A DNA stretch of 64,000 nt from Candidatus Thalassarchaeum betae (GTDB lineage: Archaea; Thermoplasmatota; Poseidoniia; Poseidoniales; Thalassarchaeaceae), in NCBI GenBank assembly GCA_003193925.1, contig PSPG01000008.1:1-64000 (forward strand), in the 5' to 3' direction. The position numbers and the translations under genes were made by a program. Below the pieces are notes generated by a model. The model made no database searches. It was given only the letters and a program-made list of their open reading frames with translations, and was not told where the DNA came from. This document shows positions 10,188 to 18,621 of the stretch, one piece after another (positions within the stretch are counted from its first letter, which is position 1; every line of letters starts with the position of its first letter).

Positions 10188-12818
10188 TTAGAAGTCGAAG
10201 AGGGTCTGCTGGCGAGAGCCTGACATAAGTTCGGTCTCACCCCATCCGAAGGCCTCTGTTATCCTACCCAGAGCGGTCGCGAGGCGCCTCGCGTAATACT
10301 GGGGGTCGTACACTGGCGGGTCCTCGCCGATCTCGTCCACCAGCCAAGGCTCCACATTCATGGGGCTGGACCTAGCGCTGGTGACGATGTAGCCCACCTT
10401 CATCCCGGGGGTGAAAGGGAGATCTCGCTCGATTCTCTTCTTCGCCGCGCGCACGTAGGGCAGCCCATCCGGGTTATCGTAGACCTTGGAGAAGTCGACT
10501 GTGCCGTCGCGCCTCAGTGTACCCTTGCAGGAACGGCTGATGACCAAATCGGCCGCGTCGACACGCCTAGCCTTCACATCGTCGATGACTGACTTGGTCA
10601 TCTCGACTGAGGCCCATTCCTCACCGTCCAGAATCATTTCAAACATCTTCGTCATCGTGCGAGTCAGAAGTGCGAAGGAGTCGGTCCTGCGAACCTCGTA
10701 TCCTCGAATCAGCATCTCTTCGCGCGGCCATACGACGCGGCCGACGTAGCGCTTCTTGGCGCCGTGGCTGAAGAACGATGAAAGAGTAGTCTCAAACTCC
10801 AATTCTGCGCCTTCCTTACTGTATTGTTCAGCTAAATCTTGCCCGAAGCGGAATGCCGTTTCCCTAGCTTCGTTCCAGTCACCGAAAATTGTATCTTCTC
10901 GATGGGGGCGTCTGGTAGGTGCCCCCTTGTCGACTGGAGCTTGGACAAAGATTGAATCAGTGTCGGAGTACACAACAGAGTAGCCATTTTCCTCAAGGTT
11001 GGAAATGATTGTACGAATGTTGTGCCGGGCCCACTCGGTGATGCTGGCACCGAGATGGGGGTGTGTGAAACGGTAGAAGCTCGAGGCGAATACCCCGTAG
11101 AACGAGTTCATCAGTATCTTGACCGCGTACTGCAACTGATCCTGCAGGAAGGCCTCGGCATCGTCGCCCGCCTCCCTAGCCGCAACCAAGGCGGCCTTGT
11201 GGACCTCCCTGCTCTGCATCAGCCGCTCGAGCAAGTGCGGGACCAGCCCGACCCGTTCGTCCTTGGACAGGTAGCGAGTCTCGGTAGAGGGTGAGACACT
11301 GTACGATTCGTCGGTGGAATCGTCCCTGACCAGCGTGGTAGAGCAGATGTTGTTGGCTATCATGATTGATGGGTACATCGACTTGAAGTCGAGAACGACC
11401 ACCCAGGGCTTCATCCCCGCCTCGACCTCGTGGACGTAGCCACCGGCTATCTGGTCCCTTCTGCGTGGACCCGAGTTGGTCATCGGCACCGCGACGTTGC
11501 TGCGGTCGGCCAGCCGGATGACCAATGAGTCAAGCCACTGGCTGGTGGTGCCTGCCGAGGCAGTCTCGACAGCAGTCAGTGAGACTGAGGCCAGCGCCTC
11601 CTTGCGCGCCACCGACTGCAGGCGCTCAAGGATATCAAGCGGCAGAATGGTGTCGCGCACGCAGTACTCGAGGACCTCATCGGGGCGCTCGGCCCACTCC
11701 CGGTCCATCTGGCTGGCGTCGATGTCAAGCTTGTGCTTGTCCTCGTCTTCCGGCCAAAGCAGCTTGGAGACGTAGCTTAGAGACTCGCGCTGAGGCCTCA
11801 GGGTCTGGCGGGCCTGCCACCAGGCGTCCAGCGGTATCCTGCCAGCGATGTTCCAAACGCGGTTCTGCTGGCGACTTGGGAACAGCCTTCTTGGTTTGGC
11901 CTCGCTCTGCAGCATCGGAACCCTACCCCAGCCGTACAGCGCGGCGGCCTCCATCCTTGAGCGGCCTGCCAGGACGTTCGCCCTCTCCTCCATCCGAGGC
12001 AGGTCGAAGTTGTCGATGTTGTAGCCGGTGATGATGTCGGGATCCTCCGAATGCACCAACTTGGTCAGCCGCTCCATGATATCGCCCTCCTCGCCCTGGA
12101 AGGTGTGCTCAGTGCGTTCCCCTCCCCTGTCGATGACGGCCGCGGCACACAGGATCCTGTTCGACTGGATGCTCGTCTCCAAGTCAAATGAGAAGGTGAC
12201 GAATGGGGTTCGGAATGGCTCGGTGATTGACAGGTCATCCACAGTGCAAGACAGAACCATGTCGACCGGATAGAGGCCTGCTCCACCGACCTCGGCGATA
12301 CGCCCAGCAGCGGTAGCGCGATCCATGGTAGACTCGTCACGGGCCTCGACAGGCGCGCGCTCGCCGGCCCAGAGTACCTCGCCGCAGGCAGAGATGTGGG
12401 GTCCGAGGTCGTAGTCCAGCAGCAATCTGCGCTCGAACAATATGTCGGCGCTGCTGACCTCCCAACTCTCCTGCAATATCTTCCTAATATTCGGGCCTCT
12501 GGTAATCATCCAGGGTTGTGGCACCTCGACCTTCCAGTGCGGCTTGTCACCGTCTGGGGTCCACTTGTCACCGATTGGGGTGACGTCGACCGCCCAGTCC
12601 ATGCTCCGTAGAAAACCCAGTGCCGAATCGGCCTCGGAAGCTGGTCGTGGTTTGCCGGGCAGTGCGATTACGACATACGGTCGAAGCCCGTTCACCAACA
12701 GGGTCACAGAGTGTCCTGCACGAGAGCGGCACCAGAGTTCAACGGTGGTTCGGTGGGGCTTCCCCTCACCCGATTGATAGGAGCCTGATATGATGCACAT
12801 CTCCTCCTCCCATTGCAT
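10188..12818 (-). CDS. polB: Family B DNA polymerase
   Basis: Exo I FDLET, Exo II GYNIDNFD, Exo III YCVRD, DFKSMYPS, KILMNSFYG, YSDTDS, KKRY; C-terminal PIP box QQTLFDF. Confidence 0.97.
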   Translation of the reverse strand: MQWEEEMCIISGSYQSGEGKPHRTTVELWCRSRAGHSVTLLVNGLRPYVVIALPGKPRPASEADSALGFLRSMDWAVDVTPIGDKWTPDGDKPHWKVEVPQPWMITRGPNIRKILQESWEVSSADILFERRLLLDYDLGPHISACGEVLWAGERAPVEARDESTMDRATAAGRIAEVGGAGLYPVDMVLSCTVDDLSITEPFRTPFVTFSFDLETSIQSNRILCAAAVIDRGGERTEHTFQGEEGDIMERLTKLVHSEDPDIITGYNIDNFDLPRMEERANVLAGRSRMEAAALYGWGRVPMLQSEAKPRRLFPSRQQNRVWNIAGRIPLDAWWQARQTLRPQRESLSYVSKLLWPEDEDKHKLDIDASQMDREWAERPDEVLEYCVRDTILPLDILERLQSVARKEALASVSLTAVETASAGTTSQWLDSLVIRLADRSNVAVPMTNSGPRRRDQIAGGYVHEVEAGMKPWVVVLDFKSMYPSIMIANNICSTTLVRDDSTDESYSVSPSTETRYLSKDERVGLVPHLLERLMQSREVHKAALVAAREAGDDAEAFLQDQLQYAVKILMNSFYGVFASSFYRFTHPHLGASITEWARHNIRTIISNLEENGYSVVYSDTDSIFVQAPVDKGAPTRRPHREDTIFGDWNEARETAFRFGQDLAEQYSKEGAELEFETTLSSFFSHGAKKRYVGRVVWPREEMLIRGYEVRRTDSFALLTRTMTKMFEMILDGEEWASVEMTKSVIDDVKARRVDAADLVISRSCKGTLRRDGTVDFSKVYDNPDGLPYVRAAKKRIERDLPFTPGMKVGYIVTSARSSPMNVEPWLVDEIGEDPPVYDPQYYARRLATALGRITEAFGWGETELMSGSRQQTLFDF

Positions 12819-12912
12819 GGTTGTCCCTCAGGCTCAGGCTGGACTCAGACGCCTTCAATCTATGTAATCGCGAGAGTCCAAAACGACACTGGATGGGTCC
12901 TAAGCGGAACCG

Positions 12913-13983
12913 TTGAAAGCCAACCCCCTCACCAGCGAAACAATCCGGGGTGCATTGGTGTTGGAAAGTGATCCAGCGATCGACTGGGACTCGATGATAT
13001 TCAGCTTCACGAAAACCGACAGGATGTACATCGCCCACTGCAAGGAGGGCGGGGAATGGCAATCTGGCGTGATGCAGGACTTCCAGAACCTCAGCATGTC
13101 ACCTGCGGCTGGGGTTCTCAACTACGGCCAAGGCCTGTTCGAGGGGATGAAGGCCCAGCGCGCGGCCGACGGCAGCATCGTGCTGTTCCGGCCGGAGTGC
13201 AACGCGAGGCGCATGCAGGATGGTGCGAGGCGCCTCGGAGTGCCCGTAGTCCCCGAGGAGATGTTCCTCGACGCGATCCACCAGACGGTCTCGGAGAACA
13301 GCCGCTGGGTGCCGCCGATGGGCAAGGGCGCGCTGTACGTGCGACCGCTGCTGATGGGAAGCGGCGAAGTCCTCGGTGTCGCCCCCGCTCCCGAATACAC
13401 CTTCGTAGTGTACGGCGCGCCCGTCGGGCCCTACTTCAAGGGCGGTCTCAAGCCGATTTCGCTCAAGATCAGCGATGAGTTCCACCGGGCCGCGCCCGGC
13501 GGCTCGGGCGGGGTCAAGGCGATTGGCAACTACGCACCCGGCATGGTGCCCTCGAGAGAGGCCAAGAGACTCGGCTTCGCCGAGATAATCTACCTCGACG
13601 CGGTGCACCACAGGTACGTCGAGGAGGTCGGTGCTGCCAACTTCTTCTGCGTCAAGGACGGAGTGGTCTCGACGCCCGAGCTGACAGGCACGATACTGCC
13701 GGGAGTCACCCGGGCGTCGGTCATCGAGATAGCCAGAGACATGGGTCACGAGGTGCGAGAGGAGAAAGTCGACGTCAGCTACGCGCTCAGCGCCGACGAG
13801 TGCTTCTGCGCGGGGACCGCCGCCGTCATCGCCTCAATCGGCTCGATCCAGCACGGCGACAGGGCCGTGGAGTATTGCGACGGGCAGGTCGGCCCGGTCA
13901 CCAGACGGATTCACGACACGCTGACCGCCATCCAGCAACGGCGGATCCCGGACGAGCGCGGGTGGACCGTGGCTGTCGAGTGA
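12913..13983 (+). CDS. ilvE: Branched-chain amino acid aminotransferase (start may be slightly downstream)
   Basis: LNYGQGLFEGMKA, LYVRP, KAIGNY (PLP Lys), EEVGAAN, ILPGVTR, GTAAVI. Confidence 0.95.
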   Translation: MKANPLTSETIRGALVLESDPAIDWDSMIFSFTKTDRMYIAHCKEGGEWQSGVMQDFQNLSMSPAAGVLNYGQGLFEGMKAQRAADGSIVLFRPECNARRMQDGARRLGVPVVPEEMFLDAIHQTVSENSRWVPPMGKGALYVRPLLMGSGEVLGVAPAPEYTFVVYGAPVGPYFKGGLKPISLKISDEFHRAAPGGSGGVKAIGNYAPGMVPSREAKRLGFAEIIYLDAVHHRYVEEVGAANFFCVKDGVVSTPELTGTILPGVTRASVIEIARDMGHEVREEKVDVSYALSADECFCAGTAAVIASIGSIQHGDRAVEYCDGQVGPVTRRIHDTLTAIQQRRIPDERGWTVAVE

Positions 13984-13984
13984 A

Positions 13985-14134
13985 TCACTCGCGGACCACG
14001 CCTTGGAAGTACCCGGCGAAGCCGAACGGGAGGTTCATCGGCCCGCCCGTCGGGACCCAGCCGTCTTCCAAGGCTGCGTTGACTTCCCCCTCCAGACTCT
14101 CAAGGGTCTTCGACTTGATGATGCGGTACTCCAT
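13985..14134 (-). CDS. Small DUF1737-like protein (49 aa)
   Basis: Below ORF-track cutoff; manual translation MEYRIIKSKTLESLEGEVNAALEDGWVPTGGPMNLPFGFAGYFQGVVRE fits the Y...V..AL..GW...G.P...YQ.VV pattern. Confidence 0.7.
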   Translation of the reverse strand: MEYRIIKSKTLESLEGEVNAALEDGWVPTGGPMNLPFGFAGYFQGVVRE

Positions 14135-14172
14135 GGGGCGCCAAGAGGGGGGGGCGGACAAGGTGATTGCGG

Positions 14173-14610
14173 TCAGCGACCGAACCTCTTGCGTCGCTGT
14201 CCGCTCTTCTGCTTGAACGACTTGCGCTGGGCGCGCCGCCTGCGGTCGCCCTTGGAGGGGCCTCTGGCCCGCACCTGACTGTCGTGCTCCTTGGCCTCCT
14301 TCATCTGGCTGCGCAGACAGATGCCGATCGACTGCATGACGCCTTCCTTGCTATCTGCGTTGGTAGCGCTGAGCGCGTCCTGGGCGGAGAGCACGAGTCG
14401 TCCCTCCTGCTGATGCGGACGCGAGGGGTGACTGGCCTCCGACTCGCGCTTCATCTTGGTGATCCCCACTGCCCGGGCTGCCCATGCCACGGTCTCGAGG
14501 GTGGGATTCGACACGCTGGCCTCCTTGGGGACGCGCCGGCCGCCGGCTCGGCTCAGCCTGGAGTCGAAGTAGCCGGTCCAGAGGTTCATTTTGCTGGCGT
14601 CGTGGGGCAT
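14173..14610 (-). CDS. srp19: Signal recognition particle 19 kDa protein
   Basis: LWTGYFDSRLSRAGGRRVPK...NPT...HP...GR signature; basic C-terminal extension. Confidence 0.9.
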   Translation of the reverse strand: MPHDASKMNLWTGYFDSRLSRAGGRRVPKEASVSNPTLETVAWAARAVGITKMKRESEASHPSRPHQQEGRLVLSAQDALSATNADSKEGVMQSIGICLRSQMKEAKEHDSQVRARGPSKGDRRRRAQRKSFKQKSGQRRKRFGR

Positions 14611-14659
14611 GCTATCGCTACCTCCGCGTAAACGGACTGACTTGAGGGCTTCGCGAGCC

Positions 14660-15055
14660 TCAGTCCTCGAGAAGGACGCCGCAGACAACGCCGTCCATGC
14701 CAGGCCTGCTGGTCACGCGCACGAGTCCCACGTCGGTATCGAGGATGGCGCCCTTGGTGATGATGTTGCGTCGGACGTAGTTGGGGTCGGCGTCGTTCTC
14801 CACCACGCCGCTGATGGTCGCCCTGGTCGTCTTGCCCTCCTTGGGGTCGCTGACGTTGATCTGGTTGGCTAACATCACCCTCACCGTCTGGGAGCCCGCT
14901 CGCTTGCGGTACCCCTTGCGCTTGTCCTCCGCGCCCACGTAGGCGAACTGGTTCTCGCTGGATATCTCCCTCCTGCGCTTGCCGCGATAGCGGCTCGGTC
15001 GCTTCAAGCGGCCACCGCTCGGCTTTCGGCGGGATATGCCATGCCACTTTGCCAT
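14660..15055 (-). CDS. rps8e: 30S ribosomal protein S8e
   Basis: WHGISRRKPSGGR, YVRRNIITKGAI, RVTSRPGMDGVV. Confidence 0.97.
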   Translation of the reverse strand: MAKWHGISRRKPSGGRLKRPSRYRGKRRREISSENQFAYVGAEDKRKGYRKRAGSQTVRVMLANQINVSDPKEGKTTRATISGVVENDADPNYVRRNIITKGAILDTDVGLVRVTSRPGMDGVVCGVLLED

Positions 15056-15122
15056 GCGTCCCGCCGACCGACCGCCCTTATTTCAATGGATTGGACGATG
15101 CGCCGAGGCGGCGGCTGCGTGC

Positions 15123-15740
15123 CTATTCGCCGATAGCCGAGGCGGCTTGCTCGATGGCAGCGCGCAACTCGGTGTAGTCCGTCGCGACTGGGTGCTGGGG
15201 GAACTCGTCGGTGACGTTCTGCGGGGGGTTGAGCAGGATGCCCGTGTTGGCCGCAGCCAGCATCGAGGTGTCGTTGTACGAGTCGCCGATGGCGATGACG
15301 TTGAAGTTCATCGCCCGGAGCGCCTCGACCGCGCGGCACTTCTGGTCCTCAAGGCGGATGGTCCAGTCGGCGATGCGTCGCGACTCCTCGTCGATGACGA
15401 GGCTGTGACAGAACAGGGTCGGTCGGTCGAGCTTTTCCATCATCGGGCCGGCGAACTGGGAGAAGGTGTCCGAGAGGACGATGACCTGCCAGTTGGACCT
15501 GAGCCAGTCGAGGAACTCGACCGCACCGTCCAGAGGCTGCATCCCCTCGATCACATCAGTGATGTCGTCGATGGTCAGCCCGTTCGCATCGAGGATGTCG
15601 AGCCGGTATCGCATCAGCTTGCCGTAGTCCGGCTCGTCGCGGGTCGTTATGCGCAGTTCGGGGATGCCTGTGCGCTCGGCCACCTCGATCCATACCTCGG
15701 GCATCAGGACGCCCTCCAAGTCGAGGCATACGACTAGCAT
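15123..15740 (-). CDS. thrH: Phosphoserine phosphatase / homoserine phosphotransferase
   Basis: CLDLEGVLMPEVW, TTRDEPDY, LSDTF, PTLFCH, GDSYND. Confidence 0.92.
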   Translation of the reverse strand: MLVVCLDLEGVLMPEVWIEVAERTGIPELRITTRDEPDYGKLMRYRLDILDANGLTIDDITDVIEGMQPLDGAVEFLDWLRSNWQVIVLSDTFSQFAGPMMEKLDRPTLFCHSLVIDEESRRIADWTIRLEDQKCRAVEALRAMNFNVIAIGDSYNDTSMLAAANTGILLNPPQNVTDEFPQHPVATDYTELRAAIEQAASAIGE

Positions 15741-15830
15741 CGGGCCGACGCCAGCGAGCGCCCGTCTTCAACGTGTCCGTCGTGCCGCTGATGCAGTATG
15801 TTCTTCTCAGGAACCCAGTCACAGCGGTGC

Positions 15831-16334
15831 GTGAGCGAGAAGAGGCTGCGTCGGCGCACGCCTGTGAGACACAAGCACGTGCGCGAGGTGATCAGCCGGC
15901 TCGGCGAGTCCGTGGGCCTCGATCTGGACCTCGCCGAGAGCTTCCTCGAGAAGGCTCACTTCGAGGGGCGTGACCTGATTCTGGTCGACAGGATGCCCCT
16001 CGGAATGCACGTCGAGACCGGTGACGGCAGGTCTTGGTTCCCGACGCTGCGAGGCGTCATCGCATGGCAGCCTGAGCGCTGCTGGGCCGCCGTCGACCAT
16101 GGCGCCATCCCCTTCCTGATGAACGGCGCCGACTGCATGGGGGCAGGCATCCACCTCGCCGACCCCTCGCTGGAAGCAGGCGATTTGGTCTGGATTCGCG
16201 ACGAGGAGCACGGCAAGCCCCTGGCCATAGGGGTCGCACTGGTCAGCGGGGACGAGATGACGGAGATGACCAACGGCAAGGCGGTGAACACGCTCCACTG
16301 GGTCGGCGACGACCTGTGGGAGCTCGAGACCTAG
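15831..16334 (+). CDS. PUA-domain RNA-binding protein (archaeal MCTS1/Tma20-like)
   Basis: VDHGAIPFLMNGADCMGAGI, HGKPLAIG, GKAVNTLHWVGDDLW. Confidence 0.88.
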   Translation: MSEKRLRRRTPVRHKHVREVISRLGESVGLDLDLAESFLEKAHFEGRDLILVDRMPLGMHVETGDGRSWFPTLRGVIAWQPERCWAAVDHGAIPFLMNGADCMGAGIHLADPSLEAGDLVWIRDEEHGKPLAIGVALVSGDEMTEMTNGKAVNTLHWVGDDLWELET

Positions 16335-16382
16335 CGGACACCTCACCTCAGCATTCATCAGTGTGGGGCGTGACGGTGCGGC

Positions 16383-16937
16383 ATGCGCAGTTCAGCCATA
16401 CTGGCAGTCGTCCTGCTGCTGCCGCTGGCAGCCGCGGCAGGCGGGGTGAACGAGGCGGCCGAGATAGAGGGCACCGCCATCGTATCGGTCGAGACGGCCG
16501 ACGTCGCCCCTGCCAGCGAGCAGTTCGACATCACCGTCACCATCGATGACGAGGCTGCCTCGAACGGCACGAGCGTGGGTTGGACCACCCAGATCTGCGT
16601 CAACTCGGGTGTGTGCTACCCACCGGAGCCCGGCAGTCTCACAGCCAGCTCCGACGGCAGCACGTGGACGGGTTCCCTGATTCCCGACCACAACTCCACC
16701 TACGTCAACTGGCGAATCGAGCTGAACTGGGCTGATGGCGGCAACGAGACGGTCCCAGAGACCGGGTTCGGCTGGAAGGTCTGGTCCAACTGCTGGTTCG
16801 ACGGCGAGGCGTGGGGTGGCTCCGACCGATCCTGCCAAGGCCAGGATGATGATGACGAGGAGGAGCTGCCGGGCTTCGGCGCCGTCCTCGCTGTGGCCGC
16901 CGTAGCCATGGCAGGCTTGATGGCGCGACGCGACTGA
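16383..16937 (+). CDS. Secreted protein with PGF-CTERM archaeosortase anchor
   Basis: N-terminal signal peptide; C-terminal acidic linker followed by LPGF, a hydrophobic helix and RR. Confidence 0.82.
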   Translation: MRSSAILAVVLLLPLAAAAGGVNEAAEIEGTAIVSVETADVAPASEQFDITVTIDDEAASNGTSVGWTTQICVNSGVCYPPEPGSLTASSDGSTWTGSLIPDHNSTYVNWRIELNWADGGNETVPETGFGWKVWSNCWFDGEAWGGSDRSCQGQDDDDEEELPGFGAVLAVAAVAMAGLMARRD

Positions 16938-16945
16938 GCGCGGGC

Positions 16946-17626
16946 ATGGGCGAAGGCGACGACGAGCCGGGCTTCATCGAGCTCGCCTTCGAAGAGCTAT
17001 CCTCCGAAGACATGCTGGAGCGCGCGCGTGAGTTCCACACCCAGATGTCGCAGCGCCGCACCACGCGCCACTTCTCGGCCCGCGAGGTGCCTCGCGAGCT
17101 CATCGAGCTGGCAGTGAGGACTGCGGGCACGGCGCCCTCGGGCGCGCACCTGCAGCCGTGGACCTTCGTGGCCGTCTCCAACCCCGAGCTGAAGGTCCGG
17201 ATCAGAGAGGCGGCCGAGGCCGAGGAGAAGAAGTTCTACGAGGGGCGGATGCCGGAGGCCTGGGAGGAGGTCCTGACCCCCCTGGGCACGGACTACGTCA
17301 AGGAGCACATCACCGACGCGCCTTGGATTGTGGTGCTGTTCAGGCACTCCCAGAGGGAGCGCGCGGGCGGCGAGATGTCCCCCACGTACTACGCCCAGGA
17401 GTCATGCGGCATCGCGGCGGGCCTGTTCATCGCCGCGGTCCACAACATGGGGCTGACAACGCTCACCCACACCCCCTCGCCGATGGGCTTCCTGCGAGAC
17501 ATCCTAGGCCGGCCGGACCACGAGCACGCCATGCTGCTGATGCCAGTGGGCTACCCGGCCGAGGACGCGAGGGTGCCCGACCTCAAACGCAAGGGCTTAG
17601 ACGAGGTCTCAGAGTTCTTCGAGTGA
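16946..17626 (+). CDS. Iodotyrosine deiodinase-like flavoprotein (nitroreductase family)
   Basis: RRTTRHFS, TAPSGAHLQPWTFV, EEKKFY, LGTDYVKEHITDAP, YYAQES, LTHTPSPM, VGYP...VPDLKRK. Confidence 0.88.
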   Translation: MGEGDDEPGFIELAFEELSSEDMLERAREFHTQMSQRRTTRHFSAREVPRELIELAVRTAGTAPSGAHLQPWTFVAVSNPELKVRIREAAEAEEKKFYEGRMPEAWEEVLTPLGTDYVKEHITDAPWIVVLFRHSQRERAGGEMSPTYYAQESCGIAAGLFIAAVHNMGLTTLTHTPSPMGFLRDILGRPDHEHAMLLMPVGYPAEDARVPDLKRKGLDEVSEFFE

Positions 17627-17657
17627 ATCAGTGGGTACCCTCTGGCTCGGGGGTAAG

Positions 17658-18620
17658 TCAATGCTGACTCGTCTTCTCGTCCCCAGCGGGCACCATGAAC
17701 ACCAGTGCGACGCCCGAGCCCACGATCAGCAGGCCGCCTATCCAGTCGGCGGTGCTCAGCGTCTCGCCGAACACAGTGAACCCGTAGAACGTCGCCACGA
17801 TGACGGTGAGGTACGAGAACGCGCTGACCCATGCGGCGTTGGCCTTCTGGTAGGCCATGGTGATTCCGACCTGCCCGCCTCCGGCTCCGATTCCGATGCC
17901 GACCAGGGCGGCCAGGGTCTGCCTGTCCACGGAGAGTAGGTCGGGGGCGGCCTGCACCACGCTGGCTGCGACTGAAGCCGCGGCGAACCAGAACACCACC
18001 GAGGTGGGAGAGTCGGTGGTGCGCAGCTCGCGCACGTAAATGTAAGCGAACGCCGCGAAGAATCCCGAGCCCAGAGCCAGCAGCGCGTCGGGCTCGACCT
18101 TGCCCAGCTCGGGCGAGACGATTAGGACGATTCCTGCGAAGGCGGTGATGACGAGGAGGGCTACGCCTGCTGAGACCCTCTCTGCCAGCATCTTGCCCGA
18201 GAGCAGGGCGACGAACAGGGGGGCGGTGTACTGCAGGGTGACCGCCTGGCCTATCGGGATCCTGCCGAGGGCGGTGAAGTAGAGGATCATCGCTGTCAGG
18301 CCCACAGCGCAGCGCAGGAACATCGTCTTGCGGTTGTTCACCCTCAGGCTGATGCCGCGGCTGGCTGCGAAGGCGGCTACTGCGAAGGCTATCACCGCCG
18401 AGCGCACCATGATGATCATCCAGACGTCAGCGTGCACGGTCGTCCACTTCACCAGGGCGTTCATCGAGCCGAAGCAGAGGCTGCCGAAGATCATCCACAG
18501 GACCGCTGCTCGAGCGGAGTCCGACGTGTTCTCCTGGCTCACGAACGACGACAGGTCGGGGCCGTCTGAGGCTGACGAGGCGATTTCCCCCAGGCCTCGG
18601 CCGAGTCCGCGCTTCGGCAT
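17658..18620 (-). CDS. EamA/DMT-family membrane protein with N-terminal ParB-like peptide
   Basis: About 10 hydrophobic helices, LQYTAPLFVALLS...ERV and FGETL...GG motifs of EamA; N-terminus MPKRGLGRGLGEI; ATG lies 1 nt after the parA stop. Confidence 0.88.
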   Translation of the reverse strand: MPKRGLGRGLGEIASSASDGPDLSSFVSQENTSDSARAAVLWMIFGSLCFGSMNALVKWTTVHADVWMIIMVRSAVIAFAVAAFAASRGISLRVNNRKTMFLRCAVGLTAMILYFTALGRIPIGQAVTLQYTAPLFVALLSGKMLAERVSAGVALLVITAFAGIVLIVSPELGKVEPDALLALGSGFFAAFAYIYVRELRTTDSPTSVVFWFAAASVAASVVQAAPDLLSVDRQTLAALVGIGIGAGGGQVGITMAYQKANAAWVSAFSYLTVIVATFYGFTVFGETLSTADWIGGLLIVGSGVALVFMVPAGDEKTSQH

Positions 18621-18621
18621 C

